The translations under genes and the position numbers were made by a program. A DNA stretch of 63,978 nucleotides, counting the filler, from Vannella sp. (taxonomy: Eukaryota), in NCBI GenBank assembly GCA_023345925.1. It is 8 parts of 8 records of this genome, joined end to end, with 100 filler letters (N's around TTAATTAATTAA, not from the genome) between each part and the next. Parts side by side here need not be neighbours in the genome. Positions count along the whole stretch, not along the records: positions 13,591 to 25,069 come from JAJQQN010000973.1; positions 25,170 to 30,345 come from JAJQQN010000597.1; positions 30,446 to 35,841 come from JAJQQN010000812.1; 5 more parts are not named here. One strand, written 5' to 3'. Within the stretch, counting starts at the first letter, position 1; each line of letters opens with the position of its first letter. This document shows positions 23,565 to 34,600 of the stretch, in pieces. The notes under the pieces are model-generated. The model was not told where the DNA came from. It worked only from the letters and a program-made list of their open reading frames with translations, and ran no database searches.

Positions 23565-24497
23565 CTAGAAGCAAATGAGCTTGTCTTTGGCATGTCCAAC
23601 CTTCTCGAGGTTGGGAAGACACGCAAACTTAATCATGGGAGGCGGTCCACACATCAGGATCGCTGTGTCGTCCCCGGCAGCAGGGAGATGAGCCTCGATC
23701 ATTTCTTGGTTGATAAAGCCTGTGGAGTACTTCCAGTTGTCGCCAGGACGATCGAGAGTGTACCACAGCTTGAAGCGATCAGGATTTGCTTGTTCGAGCT
23801 TCTCCAGTGTGTCACGAACGAGGATGTCGTCCTCTGTTTGATTGGCATAGATCAGATACATCTTTGTGGTGTCTTTGGGGTCCTTCATGACGGCGTTGAT
23901 CACCTGCAGCATCGGGGTGATGCCAGTTCCCCCAGCAATCATCCCAATGTGCTTCAGTTGCATGGGCTTACGTTTGTTCTCGAGGCTACCACTTCCGTTG
24001 TACTGAATGAGCCCGAATGGGCCGCTGAGGTCGATGGTATCTCCAACTTTGAGGGACTCGAGGTATTGAGAGGCCTTACCTCCGTCAGGGAACCGCTCGA
24101 TCACACCTGACTTGTACACCTTAACGACGAGGTCAAAGTGTCCCAGATCGTCATCACTGCTGGTGGGTGTGTAGCTTCGTTGGATCTCCTTCTTATCAGC
24201 TTCCGGATCCTCTTGACCGTTCCACTTCCCAGGGACGACTCCAGTGGCGTTAGGGCAGAAGAGTTTGAAGTGTTTTCCGACTGGAAGTCCCAAGATAGCA
24301 TCAGGGGCGGGAAGGGCAAAGCGGAAGAGTCGGGTGTCGTGAGAGAGCGCGATGATCTCAGACAGTGGGACAGTCTGTCTCTGCTTATTCAAGAACACCT
24401 CCCCGGTAGCCTTCGGAGCATCCTTCTTCACGAACATCAGCGCAATAACGAGGGCAACGACAAGTGCCAACGCCGCTGTCCCCAAAGCGATAATCAT
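23565..24497 (-). CDS. NADH-cytochrome b5 reductase with N-terminal membrane anchor
   Basis: LGLPVGKH, RSYTP, MIAGGTGITPM, YANQTEDDIL, CGPPPM. Confidence 0.95.
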   Translation of the reverse strand: MIIALGTAALALVVALVIALMFVKKDAPKATGEVFLNKQRQTVPLSEIIALSHDTRLFRFALPAPDAILGLPVGKHFKLFCPNATGVVPGKWNGQEDPEADKKEIQRSYTPTSSDDDLGHFDLVVKVYKSGVIERFPDGGKASQYLESLKVGDTIDLSGPFGLIQYNGSGSLENKRKPMQLKHIGMIAGGTGITPMLQVINAVMKDPKDTTKMYLIYANQTEDDILVRDTLEKLEQANPDRFKLWYTLDRPGDNWKYSTGFINQEMIEAHLPAAGDDTAILMCGPPPMIKFACLPNLEKVGHAKDKLICF

Positions 24498-24567
24498 CGC
24501 AAAATGATGCTGCTAATTAACTTTTCGTGCTAATCAAACTCCCCAAGGCAAACTCACATTTTCCACT

Positions 24568-25069
24568 TGTAAGCCATATTGATTGGCTGTTCTGGGAAGC
24601 CCCAACTCTTCACTGATTGGAGAGAATTCACGCCACTTCAATAGATTATACAAGGCACAGATCTTCCCACAAGGAGGAAGTTAGACCGGGACTGATTTCC
24701 GAGATGCGACGAAGCCTTCGGTGCACTTCTGCCATTCAATAAACGTCTCTGTTTTAGCGCAACACTACTTAGGTTATGAGCCTTACGCAAATCAAGCCCC
24801 TTGCCTCCAATAACTTTATTCAGTGGAGAGCAGAGATCCTCCGTCAGCTCCAGATCAAAGATCTCGATGAAATGCTCATTCGACTTCCTGCCATTTTAGA
24901 TCCCGACGATGGACCCAACATCAAAGCCATCGCTTTGCTCGATCAAACAAAGGACAAAACCGCTCGTGCCATACTTCAAATGAACATGACAGGCGACGTC
25001 CTCGTTCAAGTCTCCAACTTCCCCACCGCCAAAGCTATGTGGGACTATCTCCACACTCATTTCAATCGC
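24568..25069 (+). mobile_element. 5' end of a Ty1/copia LTR retrotransposon (putative LTR 24568-24771, PBS 24772-24782, gag from 24776), truncated by contig end
   Basis: TG start, AATAAA at 24738, PBS GGTTATGAGCC, gag-like ORF (NFIQWRAEI...DKTARAILQMNM...TAKAMWDYLHTHF). Confidence 0.82.
24776..25069 (+). CDS. Copia-type Gag N-terminus (UBN2-like), partial
   Basis: Typical copia gag pattern NF..W......L / A...I...M / TAK.MW..L...F. Confidence 0.8.
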
Positions 25070-25169
25070 NNNNNNNNNNNNNNNNNNNNNNNNNNNNNNN
25101 NNNNNNNNNNNNNTTAATTAATTAANNNNNNNNNNNNNNNNNNNNNNNNNNNNNNNNNNNNNNNNNNNN
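25070..25169. other. Artificial contig spacer
   Basis: 44N-TTAATTAATTAA-44N. Confidence 0.99.
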
Positions 25170-27732
25170 GTCATAAGAGTGACTGATTTGCTTAAGAACT
25201 GCCCCTTCTGACTCAAACAGAATGCGCGAGCGGACTTGGGAGATCATAAGAAGGAAGGGAGCGATCAGTTTGTTCTCCTGAAGGGCACTAATCAGGCGCT
25301 CACGACTTGCTTTAAAGTCCAAATGGTTGGGAACAAACACTCCTGTTTTCAGGGTGTCTCCACCGGAGAGGCCAGCCAGTTGCAGAGCTGTCATCTCCCC
25401 AAGGATCTCACGCCCAGTCATGCATTCCAGAATCTTTCGCAAGTACAGCAAGTCCATGGTGTTCATGCTCTTCAGCTGGTTAAAGCTCAATTGGAGTAGC
25501 CCAGACAAGTCAAAAACCACGTGGCGCCCCAGTTGGCCCACAAAATCAGATAAAAACGTGAGCCAACGCGCGGGATTAATGCCGTGAGTGCCCAATCGGT
25601 TCTCATCTGAGCTGGCCGCTTTCGTCAACAAGTCTAACACCCATCTCAGTCAGAGCCGCGCCTCTAGAGAGACAGAGACAGTATTGGAGAGTGACTTACA
25701 TCCCAATACATCCTTGCTGAGGCCAGATAGTTGTTGAACGTCGCGATCTTCCGGTGTGCGGAGAACGGAAAAGGCATTAACGCAGCTGGTAATCTGATTC
25801 TCAAAAATCTGTGCCGGTCTTGATTAGCCCCGAATAAGAGAAAAGTGCCTTCGAAGCTCACTTGGATGATTTCCACAAAAGGTTGGAGAGCAATGCAAGG
25901 GTTTGCGTCAGCGACTTGCGCAATGACGGTTCCAAATTTTTCGCTGGCATCAGCAGTGAGTTGCCTGTAGGTTATGTGAGAAGGAGAAGGAAGGAAGGAG
26001 GGAAGAAGGTACTTTTGAATGAGTTTGATCTCTCGCTCGGTCTTGCTTCGCATGTAGTTCAAGAGAGAGTCACTGCGGTAGTTTCCCTCCCAGTGGTGGT
26101 AGAGCCTGTATCGAACAGTATAATGGAGAGTGCTAACGACTGCCCAGACCTCTTCGGCTAGTTCAGGGTAACCTGGCGCACAGCTAAGAGCCGGAAAGAG
26201 GCTCTTAGAGAGGATCTGCTCCAGCCAGGCCATCATCACGGGAGAGGGCTGGGAAGCCATAATGGCACGGCATGCGCGAGTGACATGTCGCATGGCTTCG
26301 TGGTCAGCACTGAGGAAAGGCCCAAGAAGATACAAGACAGGACACAGAAGCTCTGGGATTTGGTCCGTCGTTTGCACTTGAGGGACGCTGGAGATGCCTT
26401 TGGAAGAGGAAACGGGGGTGGCGAGGAGAGGAGCGAGGATGTGGGACACTCTGGCACACAATGCCTGGGCCACAATTGGCGCCGCAGCTACTCGCAACGG
26501 CGCAAGGTCCTCTGCTAGGCACTCAACCAAGTTCCAAGCCCCATAGATAGCCAAGGGTGCGAGAAGGGCTAGTTTCCGGTCTCCTTGGAACGTTTTGGCC
26601 AGTGTTTCGTGCAGAGACTTGACGGGGATGAGCCCAACGATCCCAGACCCACTTGACTTGCTCTGAGAGCCGACTGTAACGAGGTGCAGGTCCTTGGCCA
26701 AGCTCTCGAGCTGCTCGTCAAGCGTCTTTGGCTTGGACTTGCTCTCTTCAGCTGAAGGCTTGGATGCTGTCGAGGCGTCAGGCGTAGAGGGAGCCATATG
26801 CGGGAAGAGGTCATTCAGCGTCAGCATGTTCAGTGAGAGGAAGACCGCAGCAGTCCTCATCACGCCTTCGACCGAATGGCCATCGCAATGCTCCAGCCGG
26901 AAGCCTAGAAGGGCTGCCAGTGCAACAGGACTGATGCTCCTACATAGCGTGGCAAGCTCAAGAGCTCGTTCTTTGTTGGCTTCCATCGCGCCCAAGACCA
27001 AATCGAAGGCGCGGTTCGGATCGACGTCGAACTGGCCGATCAGATGGAGGAACTGCCGATAGAGTTCCTCTGCCGGATCTTTGCTTCGATTGAGTAAGTC
27101 TGTGAGCTTGGCAAAGCCTTCGCTGTCCTCGTGAAGAAGGTTGTACTTCTGTTGCATGTAGCTGGTTGGGACAATGTCAGTGGCGTGTGGCTATAGAGGT
27201 GTACTTACAACTTCTTTGTGTTGAGACGAACCATACGGGTCTTAAAGTCGGCGGCGGTCTTGATGAGCTTGAGGTCCATGAGCAGATCGGCTGGTAGACC
27301 CTCCAGGAAGAGCTGGAAAGAGTTGAGATGATAGGAGAGTAAGAGATAGAGAACCTTACAGCGTTCTGGATACCTTTGGTACCTGCCTGTTGGACGAACG
27401 GTTGAATAATAGGGAGAAGACGCTTGCGCTCCTCTGTCTTCCCTTCTGTGTCGATACCCAAGGCCCAGAACACGTCCACTAGTACTTCTTCCAACTCTGT
27501 AGTACGTGGAAATGCTTCATCCTGGAAGAGATTGAAAAGGGACGCAGAAGGGATCGTTCCTTGGAAGGCAGCGGCGCAAACATCGTACAAGAGAGCTGCC
27601 ACGTCTGTCTCCTTCTGACAACACCTCGCCGCACTACAGATCATTAGCCTTCCCACCAAAGCAAAGGAGAGAGAGAGCCTACAGAAGAGAGACCGAAGCT
27701 GGTTCCTTCCACGAGGAGAACAAGTCCTCCAT
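25170..27732 (-). CDS. THOC2: THO complex subunit 2, multi-exon, 3' truncated
   Basis: QQKYNLLHEDSEGFAKL, LIGQFDVDPNRAFDLVL, YTVRYRLYHHW, LAGLSGGDTLK. Confidence 0.9.
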
Positions 27733-27815
27733 CCCTCGGCGCACTAAGATAATGTTTATTTCACATTGCAAATCCCTTTTGTCCACCAAGGTGGGAAGTA
27801 ACATGTACCCCCACT

Positions 27816-27865
27816 CCTAAAGCCTAAACCCTAAACCCTAAACCCTAAACCCTAAACCCTAAACC
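27816..27865 (+). repeat. Interstitial telomere-type tract, seven units of CCTAAAC (TTTAGGG type), six perfect
   Basis: Read directly; lies between two divergently transcribed genes. Confidence 0.95.
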
Positions 27866-27969
27866 ATGTCCTGCGTTTTGGTTGGTAGGAACAAACAAGG
27901 GGAAGTTTAGTGAACAGCCGAAGGGATGTTTGGGATCAGAGACATCATTACTTCTCCGTCACGTCTTTA

Positions 27970-28887
27970 ATGAACAAGCTTGTGGTACTCTTACTCACAT
28001 TGTGTGCCGTTCTTAAGGCGGAGACCTGCTCGCAATACGAAGCCGACTGTGTTGCCAAGTGCCCACTCGCGGTAGTGAACTGCTTCCAGTCTGGTGGAAC
28101 AACGATAAGGAACTGCGTGTGTCCTGCAGCTCCATCTCCTGTCAGTCCCGTTAGTCCACAGTCTGAGTATCTGGCCATATGCATCTTCGCTGTAGTGGCA
28201 CTGACTCTCATCTGTGTCTGTTGCATCGCTTCCTTGTTCTGTTGCTTCAAGATGATTACTTCGTTGCCTGGTATGGCAATCATCATCGATCTACTGGTCC
28301 TCCTCAACGCATTCTTTTCTCTTGTGTCCATTGCCGGTGGCATCAAGTTCATCTTTGAAGGGCTTACGGGTAACATTGGACTCTCTACCATGATGCTTAT
28401 CCAGTTGGTCTTCCCCTTGGTCATTGCCTTCTTTGGTCGTCACGAGGACGTCATCTTCAATTACATTGGACTCTTCATCGTTGTTGGCTTCGTCTTGGTC
28501 CAAGTGTGCTCCTTCACAACCTTCTTTGTGACCACTTCCGTCGTTCCTGGCATTGAGACCATTACTACTGTCATTGGTGTCTTCATTCTTTGCCTCACGT
28601 TTGGTATGCTTGGCAAGATCGGCAGCAACATCTCCAAGAAGAGGAAGGCACAGAAGGAGCAGGAACTTGTCTTCTTGAATCCAGGCATGTCAGACATCAG
28701 TTCCCTCCCCAGTGAAAGGGCTCCTTTCCAACAGAGTGCTTTTGCCACGTACGGTTATCCTCCTCCACCTGCTCCTTCTGGATACGGGGGAGTGGTGACC
28801 ACCTTCCAAACTGTGCCAATGGAGAACGGGGTGACGAACGTGGCAGCCCCACCTCCTTACCAGCCTGGAGACTACGACTTTGTCTAA
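27970..28887 (+). CDS. Unknown multipass membrane protein: signal peptide, small Cys-rich ectodomain, about 5 TM, PPxY tail
   Basis: MNKLVVLLLTLCAVLKA signal; six-Cys segment; hydrophobic helices; C-terminal APPPYQP. Confidence 0.75.
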   Translation: MNKLVVLLLTLCAVLKAETCSQYEADCVAKCPLAVVNCFQSGGTTIRNCVCPAAPSPVSPVSPQSEYLAICIFAVVALTLICVCCIASLFCCFKMITSLPGMAIIIDLLVLLNAFFSLVSIAGGIKFIFEGLTGNIGLSTMMLIQLVFPLVIAFFGRHEDVIFNYIGLFIVVGFVLVQVCSFTTFFVTTSVVPGIETITTVIGVFILCLTFGMLGKIGSNISKKRKAQKEQELVFLNPGMSDISSLPSERAPFQQSAFATYGYPPPPAPSGYGGVVTTFQTVPMENGVTNVAAPPPYQPGDYDFV

Positions 28888-29171
28888 GTCAGGAAGAAAC
28901 GCTTTCACTTCAATAACACTTGCCAGCAAGATTCTCACTTTCCTCCTTCTTTAGGACCTTGGTGAAGGGGAAAGGGCGCTCTAAGTCACCTTCCTATCAC
29001 TTGATAGGTCTCGAACCTTGTGAGTGAGTTATTGAACAAAACTGAGGTCCTGTATGAGACTTGAGGGTACTGTGTGGAGTTTGGAATAGAAAGATGGAAG
29101 TTTGTTGGAGATAGAGAAGAGCACCTTCGGCCTCTGGTGTTCTTGCTGATGGAAAGGGGATCAAGTCACTT

Positions 29172-30143
29172 TCACTTCTCGTTCTTTCCTTTAGTGGAGC
29201 GAGCACTCTTCATTCTACTTGGGATTGTGATAAATAAGGAAGGGCACTCTCCTCCATCACCAAAATCCGGATCTCCGTGGAAAGAGACAAGTCCACAAGA
29301 ATCTGCCATCAGAGAGTGAAATCGGCCTGCACTGGCTTGGATTGGCTTGACAGAGAGATGGACTGGTACCCTCCGGTGCGTTTCATCATCCAATCCCAAA
29401 CGGGAACCTGCATTGCAGCCCCAAACCCAAGTCTCCCCTTCTTCATCCTTTGCGAGCACGTGCCAGCCACCCACGCTGGCACTCTGGAGTGGTGGAATGG
29501 AGAGTATCTTGGCGAAGGAGCTTCTAGCTTGGCTTGAATCGTTCGCCAGTTGACCTAAGATATTGCTCCCACTTGCCCAAACGCCTCCTTCGTTGTCAAT
29601 GATGAAGGAGAAGTCCCATCCCGCTGACAGACATCGTAGCGGACCGCCAGGGAGACCATAGATCGTAAGGCGAGTCACCTCTTCAAGGTGGGAAGCACCT
29701 GGCACCCCCAACTGGCCTTGGGAGTTGTCGCCCCACACCCACAGCCTCTCCTCCCCGTCCTCGGCGATGAAGAAGCAGTAGCCGCATGTGATTTGACGAA
29801 TGCAGAGATGTGACAACCTCTGGTCCAAGGCCACTTCTCCTCTCTCCGTGATCCTCCACACTTGACCTTCAAAGTCCACCGCGAAAGCCTGGTCGATTGC
29901 AGCAGCCACCATTGTTATCTGTGGAAGCTCTTTCAAAGGCCTTATGTCCAGTGTGACATGGTTCACATGGGAGACGCTCCCCTCTTCGTCCACGAAGATG
30001 CAAAACGATTTCGCAAACGCGGCTTGAACCAGTCGAAGTTTGGAAGCCCTTTGCAGCCTTACAACATCCTCCTCAGTCTTGATCCAAAGGTTCTGGGCCG
30101 AGTCCTCCACGATAAAGGTCGTGGAACAGGCGTTGGTGAACAT
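29172..30143 (-). CDS. RCC1/BLIP-II repeat protein, intronless
   Basis: WVWGDNSQGQLG, WASGSNILGQLA, WVWGCNAGSRLG, SAGRFHSL. Confidence 0.88.
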   Translation of the reverse strand: MFTNACSTTFIVEDSAQNLWIKTEEDVVRLQRASKLRLVQAAFAKSFCIFVDEEGSVSHVNHVTLDIRPLKELPQITMVAAAIDQAFAVDFEGQVWRITERGEVALDQRLSHLCIRQITCGYCFFIAEDGEERLWVWGDNSQGQLGVPGASHLEEVTRLTIYGLPGGPLRCLSAGWDFSFIIDNEGGVWASGSNILGQLANDSSQARSSFAKILSIPPLQSASVGGWHVLAKDEEGETWVWGCNAGSRLGLDDETHRRVPVHLSVKPIQASAGRFHSLMADSCGLVSFHGDPDFGDGGECPSLFITIPSRMKSARSTKGKNEK

Positions 30144-30170
30144 GAAGAGACAAACGAATAACTGCTTTTC

Positions 30171-30186
30171 TAGGGTTTAGGGTTTA
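30171..30186 (+). repeat. Short telomere-type tract TAGGGTTTAGGGTTTA
   Basis: 28 bp upstream of the RCC1 ATG. Confidence 0.7.
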
Positions 30187-30345
30187 TCCTTAACGATATG
30201 AAAAGCAAGATTCTTTCAAAGACAAATGAATGAGCAGTTGACTTTGTCCAGAGGTTCTCAAAGGGGACAAAATCCCATTCTTTGTAATGCCGTTGGGCAA
30301 CCACACGCTCCTCCTCTCCCTCGAAGGGGGCCTTTTGGCTTTTGG

Positions 30346-30445
30346 NNNNNNNNNNNNNNNNNNNNNNNNNNNNNNNNNNNNNNNNNNNNTTAATTAATTA
30401 ANNNNNNNNNNNNNNNNNNNNNNNNNNNNNNNNNNNNNNNNNNNN
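30346..30445. other. Artificial contig spacer
   Basis: 44N-TTAATTAATTAA-44N. Confidence 0.99.
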
Positions 30446-31459
30446 CCCATCGCCCCCTCCAAATACAATGAATTTGTCGTCCCAGAGAGTGGAGGAGTGA
30501 GCACAGCGAGCAGCTGGAGCGGCTCCATTGACGACCGGTTGAGAGAACACGAACGTCAACGGATTGAGGAAGTAAAGGTCCTTGAAGATGCTACCTCCAC
30601 GTGTCAGGTAGCCGGCTGAACCATTAGGGATACTTACCGACGTCCATCGCCTCCTCCAAAGACGATTAGGTTACCCATACACTGGGAAATACAGTGTCCA
30701 GCTCGAGGGGAAGGTACTGCACCGCCCAGCTGGGGCGTACTCCATGTCATGGTGTCGATTGAGAGCACGTGAAGGTCATTCAGCATCGTAGTACCATCAT
30801 GCCCTCCGAATAAGACAAGTTGACTCCCTACCACCTCGCACGTGTGTCCCCAACGCGCTGTCGGGACATCTCCATGAATATCCGGCCGAGACCACGTGTT
30901 TGTGTCTGTCACAGGGTGAGTACAGGGCAAAGGACAGTAGAGAAGACTACTCTTACCTATATCAAGCACGTAAAGGTCATTGTAGACGCGGCTCTCGTCA
31001 CCTCCGCCGATAATGAAGAGTTTGCTGCCTCGGACCAAAGTGCAGGTATGACGAGAACGGGACGCAGGGCTCGTCCCAGCGACGAACACTTGTGACCATT
31101 CCATGGTCTCTGCTATCGAGTGAATAGGCGCAGCTTCTTCAGCGGAGGAGCGTACCGGTGTCGAGAATGTGAAGGTCATTGAGGTACGAGGTGCCGTCTC
31201 CTCCTCCAAAGAAGTACAATTTGTGGCGTACAGCAATGCAAGAGTGACCTGCACGTGCAGACGGAGGGTTCCCCGTGGTAATGGGGCAGCTCCACGTCAT
31301 TGTCTCGGGATAGAGCACATGCAAGTCGTTCAGCATCTTCCGGCCATCCCATCCTCCAAAGATGAACATCTTCCCGCATGACACCGCCGTGTGTGCACAC
31401 CTGGCCTCTGGTGCAAGCCCAGACGTAGCCGGACGAGACCAACACTTGTCAAGAAACAT
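30446..31459 (-). CDS. Kelch-repeat protein, multi-exon, 3' truncated
   Basis: Repeats of P.AR..H....G..L..FGG.DG...LNDLH.L. Confidence 0.9.
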
Positions 31460-31635
31460 GTCCTCTTCACCAGCCACTGAAGGGAATGTTAAAAAGTTTA
31501 CAAAGGAACGATCTTTCTTCAATATCACGACGACCACCAAAGCCAAAACCGTAGAATCGATCGATCGACAAAAGGATTGATCTTCCGATCGATCGACAAA
31601 GATCGCGATCGGTCTGGTGTCATTCCCAATTGTCC

Positions 31636-34600
31636 ATGCCATTCCCGGTGTCTGGGGTGGCCGCTGGGCCATCGCAGAGGCTCTCTACGCCTTTGCAAAC
31701 CGTAGGAAAGGCTCAGGAACGTGTTGGAGTGAATGGGGAGCCTTTACGTGATGTTCGGGAGCGGTCGGTTCCTCCGCCAGCTCCGCCACCTCGTCCAGTT
31801 GCTTTTGGTGGTCGCTCTCCTGGCTCAGAGCCTCTCATAGCTCCACTACCTACAAGAAACTCGTCTCCTAGAGTGCCCATACCAACCCCTGCGGGAGAAG
31901 CCCAGCAACCTAGCCGAGCGCAAAACCGCCCTTTTCGAGGAAGGGGATCTTCAGGACCACTCGCTCGAGCCTCTTCTGGTCCGAGTAATGGACCTATCAG
32001 TGCCTCCCTGGGCCCCTCTAAGCTCCCACCTATTCCCCCTCAGCACTCCAAGCCAGCAGGGAACCCTCATCCTCCCACAGGCGCGAGAGGTCGAGGCGCC
32101 GCTCCTAGAGGAGCAGGACCTCCGCGAGGACGTGGATTAGGTCGTATTCGTCAATCACTACCTCTTCGCACGCCTCAACGGCCTCTGTCCAACTCAGATA
32201 TGGACACAAAAGGACGAGCCCTTCCAGACTCGCCTGACTTCCGTGAGGCAGTGTGGAAGAAGCTCCAAGAGAACGACACTGTTGGTACTGGTCTCCTGGT
32301 AGAGCGAAACGCGAAGGACTGCAGCACATGGAAGAACGAAGAAGGCCAAACTCTCCTCTCTTTTGCCACGTCAGAGGGCCACTTGGAGATGGTTAGAACT
32401 CTTCTGACCAAAGGTGTGGACCCCTCGGAGCCCACTATTGTAAGCGCGTCTTTCTGTGCCTTCTTTCTTACCCATTCTTGCCACAGAAAGGCCCTGCACC
32501 CATCCATATTGCTTGTGAGCGCGGGAATGTGGAAATAGCGAAGCTCCTGTTGCAGTACAAAGCGTCAGTCACAATGAAGAATGCCCATTCGGACAAACAG
32601 CCCATCCATTATGTGAGTTCTCACCTCCACTGTTCTCTCTAGGAAGCTCCTCATCATTCTGCGGGTAACAGGCATCAGCAAGTAACTCAGCCAAGGTAGT
32701 GGAGTGGCTTTTGAGTCAGGGATGTGACGCTAATCAAGCGAATCACTTTGGAATCACTCCGATATACGTGGCAGTGTCCAGTAACTCAGAGACGGTTGTT
32801 CGGACTTTGTTAGAGCACCAAGCAAGCCCCAACACTCTCATTGACAATCACTCTATCCTTCACATTGCCACGCTTTACCACTTCTTCCGCGTGGCTGGCC
32901 TCCTTTTGAGGTCAGGTGCAGACATTAACGCACTCAACAAAGAAGGGAAGGCACCCCTTGCTCTTCTAGGTAAGGGCACTGCCAAGAAGGATGCTGTGAT
33001 GGGCGGAATTGGAGGGAATCTCAAGGATCCAGTTACTGAATTCGTGCACTGGATCTTCCTCAACGCCTGCGCAACGGATAATCCAGAATACCTCACGGCC
33101 ATACTAAGGGACTGCCCCCAATACTTTCCTCTTCAACGTCAAGGAGAGTCTTTCTGCTCTATTTCGCCTTTGTCAGAGGCACTGAATATGGGGAGTATGA
33201 AAGTGGCTGTTTGTTTGATCGAACATGGAGCTTCAGTGAAAGTGCCTGAGGAGAATCTACCACGCGCTATCCTCGATTCGAACAGCAGGGAAGCCATTTT
33301 AGCGACTTGCTGCGCTCTGTTAGAAAGTAGTGGAACTACTAAGAAGAGGAAAAAGCTTGATTTGTCACACTGCAACCTCCCAAGGCTTTCTGAAGAGGTT
33401 GTGGACATCTTCTTAAGCAACGAACAGCTGCGGGGCATCAAATCACTGGATTTATCTCACAACTCACTGAGGGGACTCCCTCCCAATCTCTTGGGGTTAG
33501 CAGGAATGGAGAAGATCAAGCTGGAAGGAAATCCACTGGACATGATTCCCGATGTTTATCGAAAGACTCTGACATGGCCTAAGATAAGGGACTATCTACG
33601 GACCGTTAAGGACCGTGCGCAAAGGTGGAAGAGTTGCAAACTATTGGTGGTTGGCCAAGAAGGTGTTGGGAAGAGCACTCTCATCCGCTCCCTCCAAAGT
33701 AAAAACGGGAAGACGCCTTGCAAGATCAACATGGCTACAAACGGTGTTGATATCAAATCAGTCTCACTTTCAACCCAAGGCGAAGTCGGAGGAACTCCTA
33801 GTGAAAAGGATGACCTCATCCAACTCACAATTTGGGACTTGGGAGGACAAGTGATCTTCTATCCCACACATCAGTTCTTCTTGACCGGCAACTCGATTTA
33901 TATCGTCGCTTTTGACCTTACCAAAGTGGTGACTGCCAAAGGCTCTGCTGCTTTCGAGGAGATTGAGTCCAGAATCTCTTACTGGGCAGCACAGATTAGA
34001 GACATTAGCAACCAAAGCCAAAGGCGAGCCCCTCTCCTCTTAGTAGGCACTCACGCAGACCAAGTAGTTCCCCGAGACGGTCAAACTAGAGAGGAAGCTA
34101 TCGAAGAGCTGTTAGAGATGCTGCGACTCAAATTTCCGCGCCATCGATACGGAAATATTGTCAATATTATGGCTATCAGTAGCAAGACTGGAGAGAACAC
34201 AGCGGAGTTGCGTTCCCTCATCGCTCAGGCAGTCCTCAAGAAAGGATTCTTACCTCAGGTTGCCGAGAGTTGGGTCAAACTCCACGACTTTCTAGAACTG
34301 ACTACAGAAAAGAACGAGACTATTCCTCGTTCCACTCTAGAGGATTGGGCACGACTATGTGGAGTAAGGGAGGAACAAATTCCTCACGCTCTTGAATTCC
34401 TCCGAGATATGGGGACGATCTTATTATTTGAAGGGCCCACCTTGGAGGATCTTGTTGTGTTGGACCCCTTGTGGCTAAGCAACGTGATGGCCAGTTTGAT
34501 TACTTTCCGGCACACATGGATCAAAGAAGGAATCTTGCAGCTTAATGATGTCCCGCAAGTCTTTCGAGAGCATCCCCCGGCAATCCATGAAACTCTTTTT

